Virus record (IMG/VR): IMGVR_UViG_3300032216_000678
Span: 1 to 33,791 of that record
Length of the DNA: 33,791 nt
Reading direction: 5' to 3' (one strand)
Origin: a virus
Taxonomy: Duplodnaviria; Caudoviricetes
The position numbers were made by a program, and so were the translations under genes. Of this stretch, positions 1 to 8,019 are shown piece by piece. The notes under the pieces are model-generated. The model saw only the letters and a list, made by a program, of their open reading frames with translations. It was not told where the DNA came from and ran no database searches. Position 1 is the stretch's first letter. Each line of letters opens with the position of its first letter.

Positions 1-604
1 CATACACCCCATCAAACACTGCGGGGTTGTTCTGTTTAGCTTCCTGCTCTGAATGTGGGTCGTCAATGATCAGAAGGTCAGCACCTTTACCCGTCACAGC
101 ACCCCCAACACCAATAGCGAAGTAATCACCCCCTGCGTTGGTGTTCCATCGTCCTGCCGCCTTTGAGTCACTGGACAGCTTTGTACTGAATATCTTCTCG
201 TACTGCGGCGATTGAACCAAGTTCCTAACCTTCCGGCCAAAGCCGGTTGCAAGTTCTGCGGTGTGGGCAGTCTGGATGATCTTCTTCTCAGGGTATTTGC
301 CTAGAAACCAAGCCGGTAGTAAATAAGAGGCAAACTCAGACTTAGTGTGCCGGGGAGGCATATTGATGATCAAACGCTTGAGTTCGCCCTTGGCGACTCT
401 CTCAAAGGCGTCAGCCATGATCTGATGGTGTTTACCCGAGATAAAGCCTTCCCACATCTGGGAGACAAAGAAGATATAGGACTCACGGCACCTCTCGACC
501 TTATCCATCTCAAGGAGCGCCCTGATCTTGCGGCGCTCATCCAACCCAACCATAGGGATCAACGACTCATAGTCATCCATCTCCTGCTTGGTCAAGAGAG
601 TCAT
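1..604 (-). CDS. terL: Terminase large subunit, N-terminal ATPase part (runs off the window edge)
   Basis: Not in the ORF track. Manual translation from ATG at 604: MTLLTKQEMDDYE...KRLIINMPPRHTKSEFASYLLPAWFLG...FAIGVGGAVTGKGADLLIIDDPHSEQEA. Contains the Walker A variant (PPRHTKS) and Walker B (LLIIDD) typical of TerL. ATGA overlap with the upstream ORF. Confidence 0.95.
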   Translation of the reverse strand, partial: MTLLTKQEMDDYESLIPMVGLDERRKIRALLEMDKVERCRESYIFFVSQMWEGFISGKHHQIMADAFERVAKGELKRLIINMPPRHTKSEFASYLLPAWFLGKYPEKKIIQTAHTAELATGFGRKVRNLVQSPQYEKIFSTKLSSDSKAAGRWNTNAGGDYFAIGVGGAVTGKGADLLIIDDPHSEQEAKQNNPAVFDGVY

Positions 605-831
605 AAAGCCAACACCTCTTCATCACCCCTCTCAAGAATCCTGATCGAGGCAAACTTATGGGGTTTCAAGGTGAGTTTGCCCTCGTCCTGTAGGGAGTGG
701 ACGATCCTGTGGATATTGGCCTTGGATTTCAATCCAAGCCCTTTGGCAATAACTGCATAAGAGGGAGCCACATCATGCAACTTGATGTACGCCTTTATGA
801 AGTCCAAAACTAATTGATGTTTCTCTGACAT
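601..831 (-). CDS. LexA-type winged-helix DNA-binding domain protein (no peptidase domain)
   Basis: KHQLVLDFIKAYIKLHDVAPSYAVIAKGLGLKSKANIHRIVHSLQDEGKL fits the LexA N-terminal pattern; only 76 aa. Confidence 0.85.
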   Translation of the reverse strand: MSEKHQLVLDFIKAYIKLHDVAPSYAVIAKGLGLKSKANIHRIVHSLQDEGKLTLKPHKFASIRILERGDEEVLAL

Positions 832-972
832 GTGCGGAGTTTAAACGTAAATACAAACGTTCGCAAGTGTTTAAACAAAAATATATATACCCCCGGGGTG
901 TTACATTTAAACATGTGACGGGGGATGTTTACACAAGTGAATGTGTTGGATGGTGATGAGAACGTTTGTATA

Positions 973-1192
973 GGTAGGGGGGCATATAAATGTTGGAGTG
1001 GATTAGTGTGCAGGCATGGTAGGGGGACCCAACTGAGAATCTGGGGGGTAGGGGTCTCTCTCACACGCCCACACGTCACGCAACACCCATCTCCCCCTCA
1101 CGTTTACACGCCACGCCTCACACGCATACGTCACACGCACCATGCACACGCTACGCATAGGCACACGTCACGCATTAGCTCTTGGTCACACG
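973..1192. repeat. Low-complexity CACG/CACACG-rich tract with GGTAGGGG(G) tracts; candidate pac or terminus region
   Basis: About a dozen CACG within 1061-1192. G tracts at about 973-982, 1018-1026 and 1043-1054. Lies immediately downstream of terS. Confidence 0.55.
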
Positions 1193-1873
1193 CATTGGCT
1201 CTGCATTGATGACCGATATAGGCTCGATGACCTGTGCCTTGGTCAGTGGTCTCACGTTGTTCAGCAGTCGGACATGACCTGCCAACTCTTTCTTCAACTG
1301 CTCTGCCGTGAGCGAGACCTCATCTGGCTTTTCTTCTGCGCGTGTAAACATCCCGACTGTTTTGCCCATGAGTTCCAGTGCCTTTAAGCGAGAGCCTTCT
1401 TGTTTAGCTGTCTTTGCATAGTGCAACAACTGCTTCAGGACAAACCTCTTCGTTGCCGTTGCATCATCTGCCAACGCTTCCACTGTCTCTCCCCAGTGGT
1501 CGTTGAGCATCCCTTGTATACGTCTGTCCTGTGCCAACGCCCATGCGTTGGACTTGATCACTGTTGGTTTTGCCTTGGCGTCTGGATAGGCATCTCTGTA
1601 TGCCTGTTCCTGAGTCTTTCCCTCTATCAGTCCTCTGGCGAACTGGTACTGCTTTGGTGTTAATGGTCTCTGTCTCTCTGTTCCTACTGGTCTACCATCT
1701 ACCCTCATCCTTGGTGCATCTGCGAGAGCCGCAAGCCGTTCCGCTTCGCTCAAGTCCCCCGCGCCTTCTTCCTCGGAATCTTCCCCGTCTTCACTCGCCG
1801 CTTCAAGAGCGGCTAAGTACTCATCTTTTGTCGCCCTGCCCTGTTTCTCTTGATCCCCATACCGATACTTCAT
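1175..1873 (-). CDS. terS: Terminase small subunit
   Basis: LTPKQYQFARGLIEGKTQEQAYRDAYP HTH and RLKALELMGKTVGMF motif; AAGGAG RBS; upstream of terL. Confidence 0.8.
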   Translation of the reverse strand: MKYRYGDQEKQGRATKDEYLAALEAASEDGEDSEEEGAGDLSEAERLAALADAPRMRVDGRPVGTERQRPLTPKQYQFARGLIEGKTQEQAYRDAYPDAKAKPTVIKSNAWALAQDRRIQGMLNDHWGETVEALADDATATKRFVLKQLLHYAKTAKQEGSRLKALELMGKTVGMFTRAEEKPDEVSLTAEQLKKELAGHVRLLNNVRPLTKAQVIEPISVINAEPMRVTKS

Positions 1874-1932
1874 TTGGTCACTCCTTTACTGTATGTTTAA
1901 ACAGTTCGTTCGCATGATAACGCAAGCGGAGG

Positions 1933-2143
1933 TTATCCACAACCTGTTTACATCTTTGCACTTATCCACAGCCTGTGAATAACTTCTGTGAGTTTGGCGT
2001 TACAAGCCCTTACCCTCTCCAACCCCTTCACCCCGTCCCGTTCATCATGGAGTAAGGGTTTACCCTAGTAAACTTATCCACATATCCACAATATCCACAA
2101 CAGCCTGTGGACATCTCTAAGTTATCCACATCAGTGTGGATAA
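1933..2143. promoter_or_regulatory. Cluster of DnaA boxes
   Basis: Perfect TTATCCACA at 1933, 1962, 2074, 2122 (+) and 2135-2143 (-). TTATTCACA at 1974-1982 (-). Near matches at 2082, 2091 and 2106. Confidence 0.85.
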
Positions 2144-2165
2144 AAAACATAGGGTTTACCCTTAC
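2052..2165. repeat. Inverted pair of AGGGTTTACCCT quasi-palindromes flanking the inner DnaA boxes
   Basis: GTAAGGGTTTACCCTA at 2052-2067 and TAGGGTTTACCCTTAC at 2150-2165. Confidence 0.8.
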
Positions 2166-2300
2166 TGATTAGCAGTTGCCGCCCTGTTTACACCAGCACC
2201 GCATCACCCCCACAAAACGGCTTAGAACGCCTCAAGTACAGAGTCTTAGTTCCCTATATATAGACCCCGCCAACGAATACCCGACTGTTTTACTCAAGTG

Positions 2301-2330
2301 TTGACTTGCACGTTTACATTGTGCTACAGT
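2301..2330 (+). promoter_or_regulatory. Putative sigma70 early promoter
   Basis: TTGACT-18 nt-TACAGT with extended -10 (TGc), upstream of the plus-strand early operon. Confidence 0.6.
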
Positions 2331-2644
2331 GCTGGTATGCGCTAGTGATATTGCTCATTGAGTCGATATCACTAGGTGAGCAAAGGTGATCGAGCCTACA
2401 GGTGTACAGCCCTCAAGTCTGTAACCCTACTGATGGAATTCAGTGCTGAACTGCCCAGCATAAGGTAGGTCTGTGGCGATACCCTCGGGGAGCAATACAG
2501 GCAAGGGCAACGCCTTGCATCTGTCCACCGAGACGATAGAAAAAACATCCCCTATGAGATGCCAACTGACAACCTCAGTGCAAGCCCTCGCGGCTTGCGC
2601 GGACGCTGTCCGAAACCCCTTTAACTGTAATCGGAGAACAAACC

Positions 2645-2890
2645 ATGATCAAGTACAAAACCTACACTGACGAAATGCTCGCCTACGCACTGCTCGACTG
2701 CTACGAAACGCTATCGACTGGTCAATACAGCGCAGATCACACCTACGGGCGGAAAGTCTGGGCTGACATTGACGCCATCAGGGACGTTCAGATGTCCCGC
2801 CGCAACCGCCGCCTCACTGGTAGCCACTATGCCTACACCCCAAGTTGGCACACCCGTTCCAACGGGCAACCCTTGGACACAGAAGCCTGA
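2645..2890 (+). CDS. Hypothetical early protein
   Basis: GGAGA RBS, ATG start, 81 aa, first gene of the operon. Confidence 0.7.
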   Translation: MIKYKTYTDEMLAYALLDCYETLSTGQYSADHTYGRKVWADIDAIRDVQMSRRNRRLTGSHYAYTPSWHTRSNGQPLDTEA

Positions 2891-2962
2891 CATTTCAGCC
2901 ACTTGCCCCGCGAGTCGGGGCTTGTGAGTGCAATGTTGCACGTTTACAACTGGAGAATCAAC

Positions 2963-3541
2963 ATGACATTTTCAACCCGTGAGGAATGGCTCACCCAAGG
3001 CGTGGAAGAACTCCGCCCCATCTTTGCCCTGCATAACAAACCCTTGCCGCAAAAGATTCGGGTCGCCTGTGGTTTCCCTCTGGACGCCAAGCGATCCAAG
3101 GCTATCGGTCAATGCTGGGCAGACACTGCAAGCGCAGATCACACCATCGAAATTTTGATCAGCCCCACCCTTGACAACCCCGTAGAAGTTTTTGAAGTGC
3201 TGGTGCATGAGTTGTGCCACGCCACCGCAGGCGCGATGAACCACGGGGTTAACTTTCAGAAAATTGCTGGTTTGATGCACCTTGCACCAACGGGTACGGG
3301 ACGTGAGCCGTGGAAGTCAACTCGGGGTCACGTTCCCTTCTTCGCCAATGACTATGCCGCCATCATCGATTCGCTCGAGGCTTACCCGCACTCTGCGCTG
3401 ACGTTCGCCACCAAGAAAACGCAAGGCACTCGGATGTTCAAGGCTTTGTGCCCTTCCTGCGGTTATACAGTGCGGCTCACCCAAAAATGGGTCGCTGTTG
3501 GTATGCCTACCTGCCCCTGTGGCGACACCCTTGCCCTTTAA
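2963..3541 (+). CDS. SprT-like zincin metallopeptidase with C-terminal Zn ribbon
   Basis: HELCH (HExxH), downstream H-G-x-x-F, CPSC...CPC. Start moved to the ATG at 2963 after GGAGA. Confidence 0.85.
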   Translation: MTFSTREEWLTQGVEELRPIFALHNKPLPQKIRVACGFPLDAKRSKAIGQCWADTASADHTIEILISPTLDNPVEVFEVLVHELCHATAGAMNHGVNFQKIAGLMHLAPTGTGREPWKSTRGHVPFFANDYAAIIDSLEAYPHSALTFATKKTQGTRMFKALCPSCGYTVRLTQKWVAVGMPTCPCGDTLAL

Positions 3542-3564
3542 TTTTTTAACTCTGGAGAATCAAC

Positions 3565-4998
3565 ATGACTACACCTCACAACGTTCACTTTGAAATCAGC
3601 CGCATCCCCCTAAACTTGGTGATCTCGGCATACAACCGCCTGAACACCTCGCCGCTGGTTGGCGCGACTAAGACTGACGCCGTAAACTGGTTGGCTGAAG
3701 AGGTCGGCAAGGGCTTTTGTTCCATTGACGACATCCGCAACTCACCCATCATTGCCGCCGTTAACCGCACGGGTGACCCCGCCATTGCCGCCAAGATTGA
3801 TGCCGCTGGTGCTACCGCCGCCGCCGCCCATAATAATGCGCTCAACGCTTTGACTCGCCTCGACAATCACTCCACCATCATGGAACATCAAGAACAGGCA
3901 CTTGCGACACTGACCAAGGGCTTGGACAACTTGTCCGAGAAGATGGGGACATTCACCATCGACCCCGCCTTGGTGCGCGAGTCGGTTGCCAAGGCAGTGG
4001 CTGATGAGTTCGCACCATTTAAACGTGCAGTCAAAGCCGCCAAAGCTGAAGCCGTGGTTGCCGACCTGTCTGCTGTTCACGTTGTTGACACTAAGACCTG
4101 CGCGGAAGTGTTTGGCGTGGACGTCAAGGATACCAAGGGCAACCCCCTCAAAGTATCCATCTGGAATGATCCGACCGCCCCCGCCGTTGATCCTGATTTT
4201 ATTTGGACTGAGTCGATTCTCAAGCACCTGCTCTTGTCGGATGCCACGGGCGAAAACCTGTGGTTTGGCGGCGAGAAGGGTACGGGTAAGAGCGAGACCG
4301 CCCGTCAGTTTGCCGCCCGTACTGGACGCGCGTTTACACGCATCAACTTCCACAAGCACACCAGCGCAGAAGAGTACTTGGGTGCTACTGGTCTCAAGGG
4401 TGGGGAGACAGTGTTCGAGCCGCGAGACTTCCTCGCCGCCTACACACACCCGTCCAACGTGATCCTGCTCGATGAGGTGACCAACGCTGACGCTGGAGAA
4501 CTTGCCCCCCTGAACGGCTTCCTCGAGCCGAATGCCGCCGTGTCATTCGGCGGTCAGACATGGGGTCGCGCCTCGGGTGTGCTGGTGTTTGTTGCTGACA
4601 ATACCTTCGGTTCGGGTGATGACTCGGGACGCTACACGGGGACGCGCACCCAGAACGTGGCACTGGTTGACCGCTTCTCCCGTGTGATCCCCTTCACCTT
4701 CCTGCCCCAAGACTTTGAGATCGAGGCGATCACCAAGCGCACGGGTTGCACCAAGGCTCTGGCGGAACACGCGCACCAAGCCGTGCGAGTGGCGCGTATC
4801 AAGGTAGAAAAGGGTGAGATCGTGGACGCCCCATCGATTCGCTCGATCATGGCATTCGTTCGCGCCCTGACTGTACTTGACCCTGCCCAAGCTTGGGAGA
4901 CCGCCGTAGTTGCGCGTCAACCCTCCGAGAGCCACGCCATCCTGCGCGGCATCTTTGAGACCTGCATTAGCCAAGATCAAATTAACTCCAACCTGTGA
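3565..4998 (+). CDS. CobS/MoxR-like AAA+ ATPase
   Basis: Walker A GEKGTGKS, Walker B ILLDE, ADNT and ALVDRF motifs; adjacent to a VWA gene. Confidence 0.9.
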   Translation: MTTPHNVHFEISRIPLNLVISAYNRLNTSPLVGATKTDAVNWLAEEVGKGFCSIDDIRNSPIIAAVNRTGDPAIAAKIDAAGATAAAAHNNALNALTRLDNHSTIMEHQEQALATLTKGLDNLSEKMGTFTIDPALVRESVAKAVADEFAPFKRAVKAAKAEAVVADLSAVHVVDTKTCAEVFGVDVKDTKGNPLKVSIWNDPTAPAVDPDFIWTESILKHLLLSDATGENLWFGGEKGTGKSETARQFAARTGRAFTRINFHKHTSAEEYLGATGLKGGETVFEPRDFLAAYTHPSNVILLDEVTNADAGELAPLNGFLEPNAAVSFGGQTWGRASGVLVFVADNTFGSGDDSGRYTGTRTQNVALVDRFSRVIPFTFLPQDFEIEAITKRTGCTKALAEHAHQAVRVARIKVEKGEIVDAPSIRSIMAFVRALTVLDPAQAWETAVVARQPSESHAILRGIFETCISQDQINSNL

Positions 4999-5006
4999 GG
5001 TGCAAT

Positions 5007-6542
5007 ATGAAAACGTACAAAGGCTACACGTTTAAACCCGCCGTCCAAGAACTGATCCACAAGGTCGCCAAGGACTTGGGTAAGACTGTCAAGATTCGGT
5101 GGAATGCAGGTGTGCAGACCGCTGGAATCGACCAGTACAACAACATCTACTTGTCTGATGTTGCTGACGATGCAATTCTGAATCAGAATGACTTGATTAA
5201 GTATTGCGGATACGGGGTGCATGAGTTGCTCCACTCCCTGTACACCAACTTCAACTACTGCTCCGACATTGCCTATGTTCGCGCTCTGCACAACGGGATT
5301 GAGGACGCATGGATTGAGCACAAGGGAATTGCCAAGCTGGTAACTGGTAATGCAGGTGGCTTGCTGAGTGGGCTGGTTGAAATGATGACCGATGTTGCCT
5401 TGGTCGAGGTCAAGGATTGGTCAGACCCCAAGCAGTACCCCTACGCCCTCGCCGTCTATCTGCGGCGCCACGCCACAACTAAAGTGCCGTTGGCTAATGG
5501 TCTCGAGCCGATCTTTGCCCACGTTGCCGCCAAGCTGGACTCTTGTGTGGACAGTGGCGACACTCTTAAATTGGCTGAGTGGGTCTATGCCCAACTGAAA
5601 ACCCTACCAGAAGACAAGCCCAAGAAAGGCTCAGGAAAGCCATCAGATGGCTCTCAGAGCGGCGATCAGGGCGAGGGTAAGGGTGAGGGTGCGGGTCAGC
5701 AAGAAAACGGCTCAGGGAATGCCAGACAACCCAAGCCCAACACTGTCCCCGTCAACCCCGAGCCAACCCTCGGTGAGGGCAAGGCTGGTAACGGCGGGAG
5801 CTACAGCGAGGACGCAAGCCTGAAGCCAAATGGCTACCACGTTGAAGCTGGTGCTCTGTACGCCCCAAACGCATCTGTACCCGCCAAGCTTCGTTATAGC
5901 GTCAAGCGTTTGTTTGAGGACTCGGGACGTGATGAGTTCCAGCGCAACCGCAAGGCTGGTTCGGTTAACGTCCACGCCCTGCCAACCGCTGGTTTCAGCG
6001 ATAAGGTGTTTAAACGTAGACACGAGGCTGAAGGCATCGACTCTGCCGTGGCTATCGTGCTTGACGTGTCGGGGTCAATGAGTGATGCCGCTGGTTCGGG
6101 CAGTCGGATTGCAATTGCGGCTGAAGCTTGCATGGCTCTGGTCGATGTGCTCAACCGCGCAGGTGTAGCCACTACAGTGCTGACCTTCGCGGGAAATACA
6201 AGTGTTCTCAAGCCGTTCAATATGTCGGCGGCAACGGCGATCAAAGAACTTTGCAAGGTCAGAACCTCTGGCTCGACCAACGACTACTTTGCCGTGCGAT
6301 ATGCACACAAGGTTTTGTTCAACCGCCCCGAACAGCGCAAGGTCTGCCTTGTGCTGACTGATGGTGATGGTGATGAAATCAGCACGAGCGAACAGATCGC
6401 GGTGGGCGAACGCCTCGGCGTGACAACGATTGGGATCGGCATTGATCTGGACGTTAGCAGGGTTTATCCCAAGAACGCGACTGTCAAAAACTTGAGCGAG
6501 TTGGGTGCAGTGGCATTCGACAAGATCAAGTTGGCGGCTTAA
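5007..6542 (+). CDS. CobT-like protein: N-terminal HExxH domain, G/E/Q-rich linker, C-terminal VWA
   Basis: HELLH...NGIED; MIDAS motif DVSGSM...T...LTDG; GAGG RBS before the ATG at 5007. Confidence 0.9.
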   Translation: MKTYKGYTFKPAVQELIHKVAKDLGKTVKIRWNAGVQTAGIDQYNNIYLSDVADDAILNQNDLIKYCGYGVHELLHSLYTNFNYCSDIAYVRALHNGIEDAWIEHKGIAKLVTGNAGGLLSGLVEMMTDVALVEVKDWSDPKQYPYALAVYLRRHATTKVPLANGLEPIFAHVAAKLDSCVDSGDTLKLAEWVYAQLKTLPEDKPKKGSGKPSDGSQSGDQGEGKGEGAGQQENGSGNARQPKPNTVPVNPEPTLGEGKAGNGGSYSEDASLKPNGYHVEAGALYAPNASVPAKLRYSVKRLFEDSGRDEFQRNRKAGSVNVHALPTAGFSDKVFKRRHEAEGIDSAVAIVLDVSGSMSDAAGSGSRIAIAAEACMALVDVLNRAGVATTVLTFAGNTSVLKPFNMSAATAIKELCKVRTSGSTNDYFAVRYAHKVLFNRPEQRKVCLVLTDGDGDEISTSEQIAVGERLGVTTIGIGIDLDVSRVYPKNATVKNLSELGAVAFDKIKLAA

Positions 6543-6543
6543 C

Positions 6544-6561
6544 GGGGGTTCGCCCCCATTT
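6544..6561 (+). terminator. GC hairpin with UUCG loop after the CobT-like gene
   Basis: GGGGG-TTCG-CCCCC-ATTT; weak U tract. Confidence 0.55.
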
Positions 6562-6577
6562 AAACAGGAGAAAGCAA

Positions 6578-6817
6578 ATGAAAGCCAGAAAGCGTAAGCA
6601 CGAGATCATGCGGAGCATGGACAACCCTTCATGGGATTACTTCATTAGCCGCACCACCATGTACAAAACACGAGACATCAAACCCTGCAAGAGCTATTCA
6701 AAATGGTGTGCCGACTGCAATGCGGTTTTGTTCCGCAACCTGATGGGACGATTCCCGCACACCATGCAAGAGTTCGATGAGTTTGAAAACAATCAACAGG
6801 AGAAACGAAATGAATGA
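6578..6817 (+). CDS. Hypothetical protein (CxxC)
   Basis: AGGAGA RBS, 79 aa. Confidence 0.7.
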   Translation: MKARKRKHEIMRSMDNPSWDYFISRTTMYKTRDIKPCKSYSKWCADCNAVLFRNLMGRFPHTMQEFDEFENNQQEKRNE

Positions 6818-6905
6818 TTGGACTGATGTTGTGATGCTTATTGTGTTACCCCTGACGCTTGCGTTGGGATTAGTGGTCGCCATTGGCGCGGCTTTGTTTT
6901 TTTAA
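6810..6905 (+). CDS. Small single-pass membrane protein (31 aa)
   Basis: Manual translation MNDWTDVVMLIVLPLTLALGLVVAIGAALFF; AGGAGA RBS; below the ORF-track cutoff. Confidence 0.65.
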   Translation: MNDWTDVVMLIVLPLTLALGLVVAIGAALFF

Positions 6906-6919
6906 CTGAGGAAAATGAA

Positions 6920-7129
6920 ATGAAATATCTTGTAAAAACCTGTTCTGGCTATTGGAACGATGACCCAAGCCACACCTTTGCAGTGCGTATCAGCACCGAC
7001 ACATGGGATGGCATGGAGGACGCAGAGGATGAAAGCATCTTCTACTACACCGATGGCGAACCATTGGCAGTGGGGATGATTGTTTGTGAAGACTTTGTGC
7101 TGACTGAAGTTGAAGGAGAAACCAAATGA
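6920..7129 (+). CDS. Acidic hypothetical protein
   Basis: GAGG RBS, coupled to the next ORF. Confidence 0.7.
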   Translation: MKYLVKTCSGYWNDDPSHTFAVRISTDTWDGMEDAEDESIFYYTDGEPLAVGMIVCEDFVLTEVEGETK

Positions 7130-7293
7130 AAGAAGAACTAGTTGATGCCGTGCTTGCACAGGTAGAGATAGACCTGTTCAATGGTGACTACACTGTTTTG
7201 GAGGAACTGCTCAAGCACGTACCTAACGATATGCTGACGGCATATTTGCCAGAGGAAGTAGCCAACAAGATAACCAAAGGAGAAACCAAATGA
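7126..7293 (+). CDS. Hypothetical protein (55 aa)
   Basis: Manual translation MKEELVDAVLAQVEIDLFNGDYTVLEELL...YLPEE; AAGGAG RBS; ATGA overlaps at both ends. Confidence 0.75.
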   Translation: MKEELVDAVLAQVEIDLFNGDYTVLEELLKHVPNDMLTAYLPEEVANKITKGETK

Positions 7294-7559
7294 AACACTC
7301 TGAACGCTTTGCCCTCAACCAGTGGTTGAGTGACTACCCCGCCGACAAGACCTATGACGAGATCATTGATCTCATTCACGAGGAAGATGAGTCAGTGACC
7401 CTTTGGGAAAGGATCGATGGCTATGGGGCTAGGGCGGCTATTGAGGAGATTGAAAACACCCGTTATGCAGTGGAACGCATGATGGATAACCTCGAGCGCG
7501 GCTTACCTCTCGCGGAAAAGACCGAGGAAGAATCAATAGAAGAAGGGGCTATGCCATGA
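7290..7559 (+). CDS. Hypothetical protein, paralog A
   Basis: MKHSERFALNQWLSDYP shared with 7735..8019. Confidence 0.85.
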   Translation: MKHSERFALNQWLSDYPADKTYDEIIDLIHEEDESVTLWERIDGYGARAAIEEIENTRYAVERMMDNLERGLPLAEKTEEESIEEGAMP

Positions 7560-7738
7560 AGACGTATACCGCAACCCTTGTGACCAAGCAGTACCAGACA
7601 GTACAAGTTGTAGTTCCTGATGTTTACACGCAAGAGCAGATTGAACGTGTGATATGCGAGAACGCCAGCTTGTCAGATGGAGAATTTGAAAACGATGTGT
7701 ATGACTTGGAAGAAGTTAAAGAAGGAGAAAGCAAATGA
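7556..7738 (+). CDS. Hypothetical protein
   Basis: ATGA-coupled, 60 aa. Confidence 0.7.
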   Translation: MKTYTATLVTKQYQTVQVVVPDVYTQEQIERVICENASLSDGEFENDVYDLEEVKEGESK

Positions 7739-8019
7739 AACACTCAGAACGATTCGCCCTCAACCAATGGTTGAGCGATTACCCGCACGACAAGACCTAT
7801 GCCGAGATCATGGAGGCGTTAAACAATGGCGGCGGCGTGTGGACTGAGATCGGCATCAACCCTTGGTATGCGGTAGATGTTTTTGAACCCGACCAAGTGG
7901 CAGAGTTCATTGATGACACCCGCCGCCATGTCGAGGACATGATGGACGATCTGGCATTTGGCATTTGTCTCAGCGACAAGACAGAAGATCAATCACGCGC
8001 AGAAGGGATCATCGAATGA
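7735..8019 (+). CDS. Hypothetical protein, paralog B
   Basis: Homologous along its length to 7290..7559. Confidence 0.85.
   Translation: MKHSERFALNQWLSDYPHDKTYAEIMEALNNGGGVWTEIGINPWYAVDVFEPDQVAEFIDDTRRHVEDMMDDLAFGICLSDKTEDQSRAEGIIE

Noticed and set aside
601-831. Lysogeny repressor or evidence of a temperate lifestyle
   Set aside because: There is no peptidase domain, no cro/integrase context and it lies in the packaging operon. Lifestyle cannot be decided from this window.
1061-1192. CRISPR array or iterons
   Set aside because: Units are 4-6 bp and irregularly spaced, with no repeat-spacer periodicity. The Cas4-like gene is a stand-alone phage exonuclease.
2566-2616. Possible hammerhead ribozyme (CTGA...GAAAC)
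   Set aside because: The core reads CTGACAA rather than CUGANGA, and I could not build stems I and III.
3565-6542. Cobalamin biosynthesis auxiliary metabolic genes
   Set aside because: No cobN or other cob genes are present. The pair is better read as a generic MoxR AAA+/VWA module.
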